From assembly GCA_964035545.1 (NCBI GenBank), contig OZ037767.1:30396628-30460627 (forward strand): 64,000 nt of DNA, in the 5' to 3' direction. The translations under genes and the position numbers were made by a program. Source of the DNA: Bugula neritina (lineage: Eukaryota > Animalia > Bryozoa). Each line of letters starts with the position of its first letter. Within the stretch, counting starts at the first letter, position 1. Shown piece after piece: positions 52,536 to 64,000 of the stretch. The notes beneath the pieces were generated by a model that ran no database searches, was not told where the DNA came from, and saw only the letters and a program-made list of their open reading frames with translations.

Positions 52536-52593
52536 TGCCCAGATAACCTTGCAGGAATTTAGTTTTCTAGATTCCTGCAAGGTTATCTGGGCA
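52536..52593. repeat. Near-perfect 58-bp palindrome/hairpin
   Basis: TGCCCAGATAACCTTGCAGGAAT-TTAG-TTTT-CTAG-ATTCCTGCAAGGTTATCTGGGCA: 23-bp perfect arms extending to a 27-bp stem with one G-T pair. Confidence 0.9.
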
Positions 52594-54373
52594 ATTTTGT
52601 AAAAGTGAGCCATATATGTTAAGTGAATCTACAATCTGATAATTCTCAGGTTTATGACTAGTAATAATGATGAGAACTCAAATGTTTAACTTCTGGTGTG
52701 GTGCATGGCTATCATTATGTAGGTTGACATCGGTAGCTGGATATTTTACAAAACCCCCATATTATAAATAAATATAAGATATGATGTAATATGGTGTTAT
52801 AGCATACACTTCAGTATAATATAATAAAATACACTATAATATGTTGTATTATACTGCAGTGTATTTTATTATTATAGTACGATAGAAAAAGGTGTAGTAT
52901 ATATTTTAGTAAAATATAATAAAATATGCTAAATGCTGTATTATAGTGCAATGTATGTTACTGCATTACTAAAGTCTTTAGTACAAATGACAAAGGTTAT
53001 TGCAGTGAAGTTACCAATAAAAGAGATCGTCTGTTACAATATCTAAACATGTGGTAACATTTTCCTCAATGATTGAAACGTGTTGATCCTTTTAAAAGAA
53101 AAAAAACATTCATATGTTGTTTACTATATTGTGCTGATTTAATTATATCAGGCAGTTACTTTGCTCATGTTGGCAGTTAATTTATTATTATTATACCAAG
53201 GTTTAATTTTTTGAAGTCATAATTTTTGATGTTCGTGCTATGTAATAAATTTCATGAATTTAAAAATGATTATTGTATCAGCAAATAATATTATAGACTT
53301 CGAGAGTATAGTTACCTCTGAAGGATATTATGTTGATATTCGTTTACTATTTTTTTTCTCTTTGATGTATGCCACTCATTGCCGCTCTCACGACAATATG
53401 TAACTCATCTCACTGCTAGCAAGATTGCAATTATTGTTAACATTGTCTGTTCACTATAAACATCTCTCTTACTTTCAAAAAATAAAGATTGCTTTATTCA
53501 CCAGCAGTGTTAGAGACTCTGAGGTTTGAGTAATGCTTTTCCTGTAAACTTGAAAGTTTTGATGCAAACAACTATTTTAAATGACATCATGAAAATCACA
53601 CTGGTACAAAATAAACTGCAATAATATTATTAGGTTCGTTGCTTTTTCAACCAATAGCAATCGCTTTTAGAATACAAGCTATGTGCATTTGTAAATTGCG
53701 ATGGCAAGTTTAATAGTGTAAATGAAATTCGTTTTGACTTATAAGTTTGGCGCATTCGTTATCACACTTTGTAATAGTATGCTATTTTGTGAGGAAAAAA
53801 CTAATAAGTCCCTTTTGCAATTGCTTTATTAGTTAAGTCAATAAACAATTATTTCAAATAAGATCATCTAAAAGTTGGATAGATTAATGAAGTATGGTAA
53901 AATCCGGAATGAGCTTCATAACAAAGACGAATCTAGCCGCAGGGCAAGCGAGACTATGCTTATGATAAAACCACCGGGTGAACTGCATTTGAAATTTAAT
54001 AAATCTGGATGTAACAATAGAGATAAAAGGCATTTGTGTTGTTTCAGCTGTGACGTTTCTGTGAATTATTAAAGTCTAAAATTTTGAAATGACTACGTGA
54101 AAAATGATGCAAGCAGGAAGATGGGTTAGAATATGTAGATAAGGCATTCGTAGTTTCTGCTGATGTGCAATATTTATTGAGGTTGAAGAAGTTAATATTG
54201 AAAGCACAAATTGTTAAAACATCTGAATAGTTATAATAAAGTCACATTCTGATTAGAATGCATTATAAAGCAAATTAATAGTCCATTATTGAGTCCATTT
54301 CATTACCATTTATCTAGAAAAACTTTAGCAGTGATGGTGAAAACAACTAAAGATATTAATCAGAATCTGAAGA

Positions 54374-57300
54374 TTACTGGCTGCATCTGTCTTGCACAGA
54401 AATGCGTACATTTCGAGAGTGACCAGCATAGTAGATCTTCTGGGCAGTTTGCTCATCATCCAAGACAAGCTCCTCAGCTACAAAAGATGGGGGCAGTAGG
54501 TAAATGTGTGGATCTCGTATCTGTTTAAATTTATCATTTACCAAGACTAGCATGAACTTTGTTTACTCATGCTTACACTTAATTTAATGTCTTTAAAAAA
54601 ATATTACAAAACTATTACTACAGAAACTCTATTTGACAAAAACTAGAGCCATTTTAAATAAAAGCAGTTTACTGAGTCAACTAAAGTATATATTTCTAAA
54701 CATTTTTTTTTGCAATCAATAAAAGCACAAATAAACCTAATTTAATTACTTGCATCACAGGTTATAAGCTACTTCCATACCTTGCCAGAATGGGTAGATG
54801 TTCATCCTCTTGGCAACCTTGTCAGACACACATCTGGCAGGGACAGTAATAACTCTTCTGGTATAGTAAGAGCAGGCATCACTGCACACGTAGTAAGGCT
54901 CAGCAGTTACACAGCTATAGAGATTACCATCAACTTCACCAATATGGCTGACATACTGAAATGTATATATAAAGTAGATGTATGAAATAATCTATAGCAT
55001 GATCTGGTGAACAAATACACATGCATCAACTCCATTAGAACATACTATATTCAATATTCAAATTCAATATATTCAAAAAGAGGCTGTAATTAAAATCTCA
55101 CTCTGTACTTCTGTTCTCTTTGGCAAATACCGTCTTTGGAATATTGGTTTGTAGGTTGTGCGGTCATTGGGCATCCAGATTTGACGGAGTATTGTTGAGC
55201 AATTTGCCAGGCCAAGTCATTGGAAGGTTTAGGAGGGAGTTGAGTCTCGGGTGAGCAGATTCCACAGATCTCATCTTTCTGGCTTTCTTGAACCTAAACA
55301 GAGTCAATGAAAGCGTGAAAAGTAAATCGAGTGAATATATGAGAAAAAATGAAATAAATGGTTTCAAGTCTTGTTAAGAAAGAGAGAAAAACTAATCAAT
55401 ACCTCAACGGTTAGTATTCCATTGTAAAGCTTAACATAAGCTCCATGTTCGTAGCTGTAAAGCTCAAATCTGGATCCTTGGCACTCAACCAGAGCTACTT
55501 GTCTCCTCTGATCCCAGATTGGTACATGTACCAGCTCACTGATTGGTTGGATTGTTCCATTGATCTTCACTTGGAACTTGTTGTTTTGCACAGATTCAAC
55601 ATCAATCCATTGGCTGCCAATGTTTACCTTGAGGATCTACAACAGGTTTCAGACATGAGAGTTAGCTGGAACATAATACAGCTTGTACAAATTTAAAATA
55701 AACAGAGGAGTATGTATTTTAGAGTTACTGTTGGCAGGATATTTCATATCTTTGACTACTGACAGCAAGAATAAGATGCAAATAAAACTATTACAAATTT
55801 AAGTATATATATAATATATTCTTGTCCTGCATAGATTTATGGAGTTTCATGTTAAATATTGGCACCGTCATATAGGAAACTTTATAAAGGTACCTTGGGA
55901 GAAGAAAAGCTTTGAGATGGTTGAACAGTTACAGCAAAGTTGGTTTTTCCACTCTGGCAGTTTCTGGCCAATACAACCTCACAAGATGTTTTAGGAAGAC
56001 TGAGATGTTTTTGATCAAAAGTCAACACAGATGGGTAAGCATAGTTGCACACATCTAAAACAAGAAAGTATAAACAATACAAGATATATAAGCAAATTGC
56101 TAATCGATGATGAATTCAAGTACAAAAAGTTAAAATTTATAAGGCAACCAGAGCTCTACAACTTACGTCTTCTGGCTACATCATAGTATCTCATTCCGTG
56201 ATCATATGAAGGTAGAGAGTGGATTGAAGATCTAGCTCTAAAGAGAGTCATATTGGGTTGTCTGTTTTCAGTGACATACTGATTGAGTTTAGTGAACACG
56301 GGGGCATAAATCCTTGAGTAGTTACCAATGTATTCTGGGTCTCGCAAAATAACATCAACCTAAAATTTAGAATATGAATATTGAAGCCAACAGTTTTAAA
56401 ACAAGTTGAATGCTTATAAAAACAAGAATATAAAGAACCATTCAGTAAATATGCATACTTGGCTTTCCATTGGTCGAACAACAAAGTCAATATCAATGGT
56501 TTTTTCAGTGTTGTATCTTCTTCTGTTCTCGTTGGGATACATGAAAATCGACTGGGCACAGTTCATCAACCACATAGACAAGTTTCGTCCAAAGTTTGGT
56601 GGAATTTCGACATTTCTAGTTTCAACATGCATGGAGTTGTTGTACCATATTGGGGTGAAAACTCCATAATCATCTTTACAACCATATACAGAAGAGTTGT
56701 GACAGATGTTGTCTTTGGAGGTCGGCCTAAACTTGAGAGTTGCCTAAAACATAAAATAGTCACTGCATGTTTTGCAGAAGAGCAATAGATGAAGTCAACT
56801 ACATGAATTGGAAATTGCCAAATACTAATAGAGCTTTTTGATTACTTACAGTAAGACCATGTTGTTCTGGCTGTGATTTTGGACCCCAGTTTATCTCATG
56901 AGTTTGCATAATGTGTCCATTTCCAGAGTCAAGTGTGCTGGTGATCTTATTAACCAGTTGCATGTACTCAGTTTCTGCAGGTGTGATTGGTGGACGTTCC
57001 AAGCACCACAGAGATTTGGATTGTGGCTGATCGGGCTCGTAGTAAGTAGTCCAGTTGGCAGACATGTTGAGAACTCGGTTATCCAGAACAGTGGCAAGAC
57101 TGCATGAGATGTTGTGTCCCATGGCACCCAGAGATGGCATGTACAGTGTTCTACAAACAGACATAATATGCTATTCAAAACAAATCAAGTTGACTTACCT
57201 AAAACATTTCTATTTTATGGCAGAAGACACATCAATATTACAGTAAATATAGTAAAAAAGACTGCAATACCTATCCTCAGACAATGAGTCTTGAGCATTG

Positions 57301-60300
57301 AAAAGGTAACCAAAGAAACTGTCTTTGTTGCTAGAGTATTTTTGCTCTTGAGTCAAAAATTGTTCTCTGTGTTCAATGTCGGATGAGTTGAAGAAAATGC
57401 TGGAATATCTTGAGCAGATCTTTTTAACGGCAGGTTTAGCTGCAAAAAAGAAAGAGAAACATGTTTATTGCGCATGCAAATCATGAAATCAATCTTTTGG
57501 TTCAGATTTTGAAATAATGCAGTATAGCAAATTATAGAAATTTTATTTTGAACTTGTAGAGTTAAGTTACCTGGTCTATAACTTAGCTTGAGGTGCTGCT
57601 TGTCGGCATTGAAGTAAGCATTTGGAACTTGTAGATCTCCTTCAAGCTGCAACAAAAACAACACTAAATAACTTCATATTGAACATAAAACGTTAAAAAT
57701 ATGCATCATCTAAAATAATTCATCTGCTAGAGTAACGTTCAGTTCAGTTCTGACCTTTCCTTCCATTTCAATGCTCTTATAGATTGGCAAATCAATAGTG
57801 AAATTTCTTCTTCCTGATTCATCAACTTTGAGTTCTTTGCAGGTATCTATGAAGTTATCAGCAGTAACAGGTAGTCTCTTTGGTTGCACAAAGGTCACCG
57901 AACGTGCGAGCCATTCAATATAATCGTTATACTTCTGCAATTAACCAAGTGGAATTAACAGGAATTGTTGATGAGTTGGTTTCCATAAAAAAGTGTTATA
58001 ATACACTTTTTTGGCAATTTGGGCAAAATTATTATTGACTATTTTCAAAAATATTTTGTGCATGAAACATGGCACATAGCAAAAGTTTTCAGTTAACTGC
58101 AATTTAAGGCAAATATTCACATGCAAGTAAAAATATTCCACTCACATTGTCAGCTGGGTTTGTCCAGTTGCAGGCTAGATAGCTTTGTTGCCAATCCAAG
58201 GCACAGACTGTTTCGGGTGACTTGCTGTAGGATCTAGCAGTTACAGAGGATCTGAAACCAGAGTAGCTGAATCCCATGTCCACGTAGCATGACTGGTGAG
58301 TTATATAACTGGCTCTGAAAATACATAAAAGTTTTTCCGAGTCATTAAAATGCATGTATGAGTTGCTGGTAGCTGTATATTTAAACTGCTTCTCTGTCCA
58401 ATGCATTATAGCGATACCTCAATGCACGAAGTCAACGACAACTAACATTTCACTTGATGACTTTTGAAAAAATCATTCAGTGCAAATTAGTAATTTCTGG
58501 AATTGGTAGGTTACTCATTTGAGTAAAGGCTATGTGCTAGAGCCCCAGCTGTGGTATTTACCCTAGAAGTTTATGCAAAATGTTGTACCTGACAGGTTTG
58601 CTAGACTCAAAAGTGACAGCTGGAAGACGTTTAAGACTTTCAAAGTTAACTTTAAATGTTCCTTCAATGTCCATGACAAACACGGGGGTGTGTTCATTAA
58701 TCAAATATCCACCACTTGGTAGTAGAGTTCTGATATTTCTTGGTTGCATCCACATAGTACGGAACATCTTAACAGGAATCTCCAAGATACCATTGTTAGA
58801 CACTGTACCAACAAATATTTGAATTTGATCACTAGAATGAGTTTAGAAAAACATGTAGAAGAGTTGAGAAAACTCAAACCTTTACTTTCTAACACTATTA
58901 ATGGTACTATAAATGCAATTACATACGAGACTGTCTTAGCCAGGCTTGGCAGGTGGTTGAATCAATATGAATGAATGATACTTCTTGTCCCAAAATCTTC
59001 CAGTACAATGTCAAGCTGGGTTTAGAGTTCCTCAGAAGGTTCAATAGAGACTGTTCACTGTGTTGAGAACTTGGGTTGAACAGCTCTTCCATTCCTTCAG
59101 CTCGGTATCCAAACTACCAAAATTACAAGAAATAATAGCAAACAAATAAAAAACTCTTGTACTGCTTCTGATTAATAAAATAGATACATACCTCAATAAA
59201 GTGGTTGTATTCGCCATTCCATGGAGTGCTATACTGTCTGATGGAAGCATATTCTGGAATACGTCTGCTGGTGCTCTCAACTCTGCTAATCTTAGTCATC
59301 TCTCCTTGAGAATTCCATCCGTACAACATCTGCCAGTCTGAGGTTCTGTAGGACATGCGGAAGGCTCGCACAGTTTTCAAAGTCTCTCTGATTCTCATTT
59401 GGCTAAAACATAGCATGAAAACTTCATTGAAATAAAGTATTGGCACTGATTAGCAAAACTGATAAGTGAGTTAGTAATAGTAGTTATAAGTATCAATAAA
59501 AAATATTAAAAAGAAAGTTACATACTGTCTGAGATCTTGTCCCAGCTGCTTTTCTAGGAAGTTTTTCATGTATTGTACAACAAAGGTTTTGAATTCAACA
59601 TCTGGTTCTTTATTCAGACATTTCTGCAACTCGGTGAGTGGTGTGCTAGATCGGCATTTCATCAAAACAACAAAAGCAGCAACTCTGACAGAGGACTCCT
59701 CCTTTCTGTTCATCATAATTGGCATAAGAGTCTGAGCAACCTAAATTTATAAACAAGTCACTCATAATATTTGTAAATTTCAAAACATTGTAACTTTTAG
59801 CCAGAAACTTAAAATAAAATAAGCATCATGTAGGGTTTACCTGAAGTTGGTCTTGGATTCCGAGGTAGATCAAGGAGTTAATAGCCTCAATTCTTACAAT
59901 CTTAGACTCAGTTTTAGCCATGTAGGGACGAATAACTGTGGCAAGGCTTCCAATGCTGCCCATATTAGCAAAGGTCTTCAAGCATGTGATTTTTTCTTCA
60001 TCATTTTTGGCAGCTTTAAGACGTCCTTCAACATACTGCAAAATAATGTTATGGTGTGATTAGTCTGTTTTGATTTTTATCAATTATCATTTTAATATTA
60101 CACTTATTAATGTTATACATAGGTGCAACCTTTATCCAAAGCATGAGCAGTACTGTAAAAAAATTCTAAATATACCTTCTCATGTTTGTGGCACTCTTCA
60201 ATGTGTCCTTGGTGCAGAGCTTTGTCAGCGGGATACACACATTGGTCAATCAAGATCTCTTCGTTGTGAATAAATCGTCTAACCATGGATCCAAAGCAAA

Positions 60301-63159
60301 GCATGGCATGTTGATATACAATTTTTCGAGATGGGGCAGTGGTGTAATCTCTAGGCAAGATGGTTTTCTGAAACAGAAGAGTTGCAATTTACTTATATCT
60401 TTAAAATATAAAATATTTCATGATGGGTTTAGTTATTGAGAGAGTGATTTGTATAGAACACATCTGCTAACCTTAAATTCTTCTAGCATTGCAAGTGTTG
60501 GGACTTTCTCAGCAGCCCACTGAATGAGCACAAAGCTGGCATCCTCAGTAGTAAGTTCTCCATTTCCAATTTTCTCAATAAGCATATTGTCAGCTTCAGT
60601 TGTGTTGGCAGTTTTCAAGGCATCGAGGAAGGTTTGCCTAACAGTATAGAAACAAGTGTTTACAACAGTATACTAAGAACTGAGATACACAAAAACTGTA
60701 CTCTACTGATAAAAAATTTATATCTTACAGTTGTTTACGCATGTCTGGTTTGTTCTGCAGCTTAGAGTAGATGGTATTCAGCTGAGGTCGAGTACAGAGT
60801 CGTACGTTAGCCTGAAGTTGAAGGAACAGTGGGACGTGATCTTCAAACCTCTCAGGTACAGAAGCAACGGCCTCAATCTCTTGAAGTTGTTTCTCAGTCT
60901 GTGAAATACAGCCAATGTTTAGGCAATGCAAGCAAAAGAAAACCATTGATTGAGGTTGAATAGCTATCGAACTAACGTTTTCCGACAATTAGTTTTTATT
61001 TGGCTATTATTAAACTTCAAGTTGCAACATAGTATTAGTTCAACCTCGATAGAAAACAAATACATGATACATAAAAACATCCACTTGAAACATTTACATT
61101 TAACACTTTGTACTATTGCTATAAAAACACATAGATTAATTTTATTTCTTATCAGTATAATTTAAAAAACCAATTATGTCTTTCGGATCATTTTAAATCT
61201 GATTGGTTACCTGTTGAAGGAGTTCGGCTTCAGTCATCATCAGCTTCTCCTCATCTTTCTTCAGAATCTCCATTCTCCATGGTTCAGACACAGTCTTCAT
61301 GGTCACTGATCGTGAACGTGAGGAAGGGGCAGGTTTCTGTCCTGTCATTACGAGAGTCTGGTTTGATGTGGTGAAGAGGAACTTATGAGGAGCATTTGGA
61401 GCCTCAATCTTGTGTTCAACTGACATAACAGCAGACTTGATGATCAGATCTTTCTCATTTTCTGATGAGAGTTCATAATCAGTTCTGGTGACGGAGAATA
61501 CCTGTAATTAGAAAATACTTATAGTATTATTATATTTTTATATATATTTATACAAAGAACACTTTAGTTTTCTAGTATTATTTACAAAATTTAAACATAT
61601 GCATAGTAAACTTACAAATTCGGTAGAGTTTCGAATGCTAGAGATGGGATCACATTGGCAAGCCTCGTTGTTCATGTTTCCACGGCAGTCACAGTTACTC
61701 TGACGCTGTTGAAAAGCATTCTTGTCGAGAGCGTTCAGCTTCACACATCTGGCTTGGTCTCTGAATTTGATGACCTTTACAAGAAAAATTGGAAAATAAA
61801 TGATATCGCATACAGTAACAAATTGTAAACATCAAGATTCAAATAAATGTGGACCGTGAACTATAAAGTTATTTAATTATAGCTTACTCTGTATGTGTTG
61901 GCTTCATCCTTCTCATCAACGTAGGTGTGGAAGGTGCTGTAACAAGACCCTTCCAGTCCAGCCTCCAAATCATCGAAAGTGGTGGTGTTTTGGCTGGACA
62001 GATCGCTGTATTGGAGCATGTTATCAACGCTGGGAGTGTTTGACTTAAGTTGAACTTGGAACATGGAGAGAACAACTCTCTTGATGTCAATAGACCAGTT
62101 AGTTTCTCCATCAGCAACCTTCATGTTCACCACCTTGTTCTCTTTGTATCTAAAACAGCAAAATTCAAACTATATTTTCTATTGTCTTTGAGTAACAGAA
62201 AGTCTAGTTAAGATTCTCCGACAGTTGAATTCTCCGACTATGACTTGGAGTCACATCTTACTGTGCTCAATACTCACTCAAACTCAAATGGAAGGAGAAG
62301 TTTTCCTTGGATGAGTCTGCTGTGATCTGATGGCAACTCTTCAAACATGCTGAGAGGAAGTTGCATGGTTGGAGGAAGGTTGTAGCTTTCTTTTATCTCA
62401 TTATTCAATGAGTACACTCTTACATTCTTCATCTACAGTTATTAATTTAGTAATTTATTGATATGATTATCTTCATCCACATAGTGAATTTTCAACAAGT
62501 TGATTGGAGCTAAGCTTGTTGCTTGTCACTAGTAAAAATATAAAAACAACATATTGTTTTACAAAATGTTACCTCCATGGTCATCCAATCAGCACTGCCA
62601 ACAGTGAGAGTTAGGTCACATCTGATCTTGATTCCAGCATATTGTTTGCTGAATGTTGGAAATCCAGTCATTACTTGAGATTCATATTGGTATTCGTAGA
62701 CAGTTCCAGGTTCGTATTCTGTAGGTGGACAAAGAAGTTTATAGATAGCACAAAAGAGACATTGGTGTTTGATTTAACCTAATCTTGTGGAGATGACACA
62801 GTAAAGAAGGTTGAAGTCTTTTACTTACTGGTGTGAGTAGTTTGATATTGGTTGGCAGGTCTGGAGCCACTTGTTCCCCTTGATGGCCAGCAGGCACCTG
62901 TGTTCAAACAGTATTTAGTATTTGAGTTGTTACTTTTATACTATAGAAAGCATCATTTGCTATACTAATCTACTAAAGCATATGAGTATTAATACTATAC
63001 TATAAATCTTTAGATAAACTGCTTGCTGGATTCGTTGATTATTCAGGAATCTTGACTAGTCTTGTAAAAGCAGAATTTAACATTCAATAATAAAAAACAA
63101 TGAAGAATAGTTGTACACTTACATGTAGCCACAAGGGCAGTGAGTACGAGTAACTTCAT
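54374..63159 (-). CDS. Vtg: Vitellogenin-like gene, copy C (same exon architecture as A)
   Basis: ATG at 63159 (MKLLVLTALVAT), stop TAA at 54374-54376. Exon translations align with A and B; no disruptions in the exons inspected. AATAAA (minus strand) at 54173-54178. Confidence 0.9.
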
Positions 63160-63481
63160 GGTGAGACAACTGCTGCTAGCTTTGAGTGTTCAATGCTAAT
63201 CAGCAAACAGAATGAAGAACCAGCTCTCAGTCGCTGCCTTTTATACTGCTGCTGTTCAGTTTATTGAGGTTGCGCCATTCTTGGCAGAGATTTACATCTT
63301 TCACATAGATTAGAGTTACGTAAATATAAGTTATACAGACACCTGTGTCAACTGCCAACAGGTTGTGCAACCAGGTGAAGTTGCTGAGCACTTAAAACTG
63401 TGACAGCCAAAATTAGACACCAGTTGGCTGGTGCTCTGTTCAATGGTCATGGTGTGATACCCAGTGTTTAGAAACCAAAGT
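63160..63481 (-). promoter_or_regulatory. Promoter and 5'UTR of Vtg copy C
   Basis: TATAAAA (minus strand) at 63239-63245; about 320 bp nearly identical to copy A 26916-27238. Confidence 0.8.
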
Positions 63482-64000
63482 CCTTATATCAAACACAAAT
63501 ATAATACGTCTTTTAGTATTTAAATATTTGTGTAGGAATTAAAATTAAAAATATATTCATTTTAATGTTTGAGAAATACAAAAATATTTTAAAAATATTA
63601 GTTTGCCTAGCTCTGAATCTGTATTATATGGTGTGGTAAACTGCTTTACAGTGAGAATTTCACAGTATTCTCAGAATATATATAGCTATTGTAGCATGGT
63701 TATATATAGAAAACTAAAGCCTCTCCTTTCTGCCCATGTGTATTACAATTTCTTGTTTATATCCATCAGGTTGGCTGCATTGATGATCTGAGTAGTGTTA
63801 ACATTATAACACAACTCCCCCAACCATTCCTGTAGCCATAATCCTATAACACTCTATAGCCATAAATGCAGAAGAATTTGTTTATGCTTGTTGTTCAAAA
63901 ACTGAGTCACTTTTAAAATAAAGCTGAATGAAGCAGCTGTTAAAAGTTGCACTTTATTTAAATTTAAATGATCAATGGTGATTGGAAATATTGGCTACAC

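Noticed and set aside
58921-59110. Suspected frameshift in Vtg copy C exon 14 (no matching ORF in the track)
   Set aside because: Manual translation gives ...WKILGQEVSFIHIDSTTCQAWLRQS in frame, with the same phase as A and B.
28404-62117. Antisense and alternate-frame ORFs repeated in all three Vtg copies (e.g. MADMLRTRLS..., MSLHN...)
   Set aside because: They recur only because the underlying Vtg exons are duplicated; no independent coding evidence.

Overview
AT-rich animal (invertebrate-like) genomic DNA with many short GT-AG introns; no prokaryotic features. It holds five spliced protein-coding genes. (1) A 5'-truncated type I membrane protein with 5 CUB domains, one LDLa module, a TM helix and a PDZ-type C-terminus (SOL-1/LEV-10/Neto-like; + strand, 1-15901). 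(2) A ~473-aa protein of unknown function (- strand, 17144-22709) whose 5' region carries RFX X-box motifs. (3-5) Three ~1635-aa, 27-exon vitellogenin-like large lipid transfer protein genes: copy A (+, 27239-35925), copy B (-, 39533-49084) and copy C (-, 54374-63159). The three copies show patchwork sequence identity that suggests gene conversion, and share an E-box-rich TATA promoter. Between B and C is a truncated Penelope-like retroelement: a GIY-YIG endonuclease fragment between 278-bp inverted repeats, each carrying a minimal hammerhead ribozyme. Copy B also carries a TAA-flanked PIF/Harbinger-type MITE. Several minisatellites arose exactly on functional junctions (a stop codon, a splice donor). 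Exon models were built by hand from splice sites and reading-frame continuity; no database search was run.
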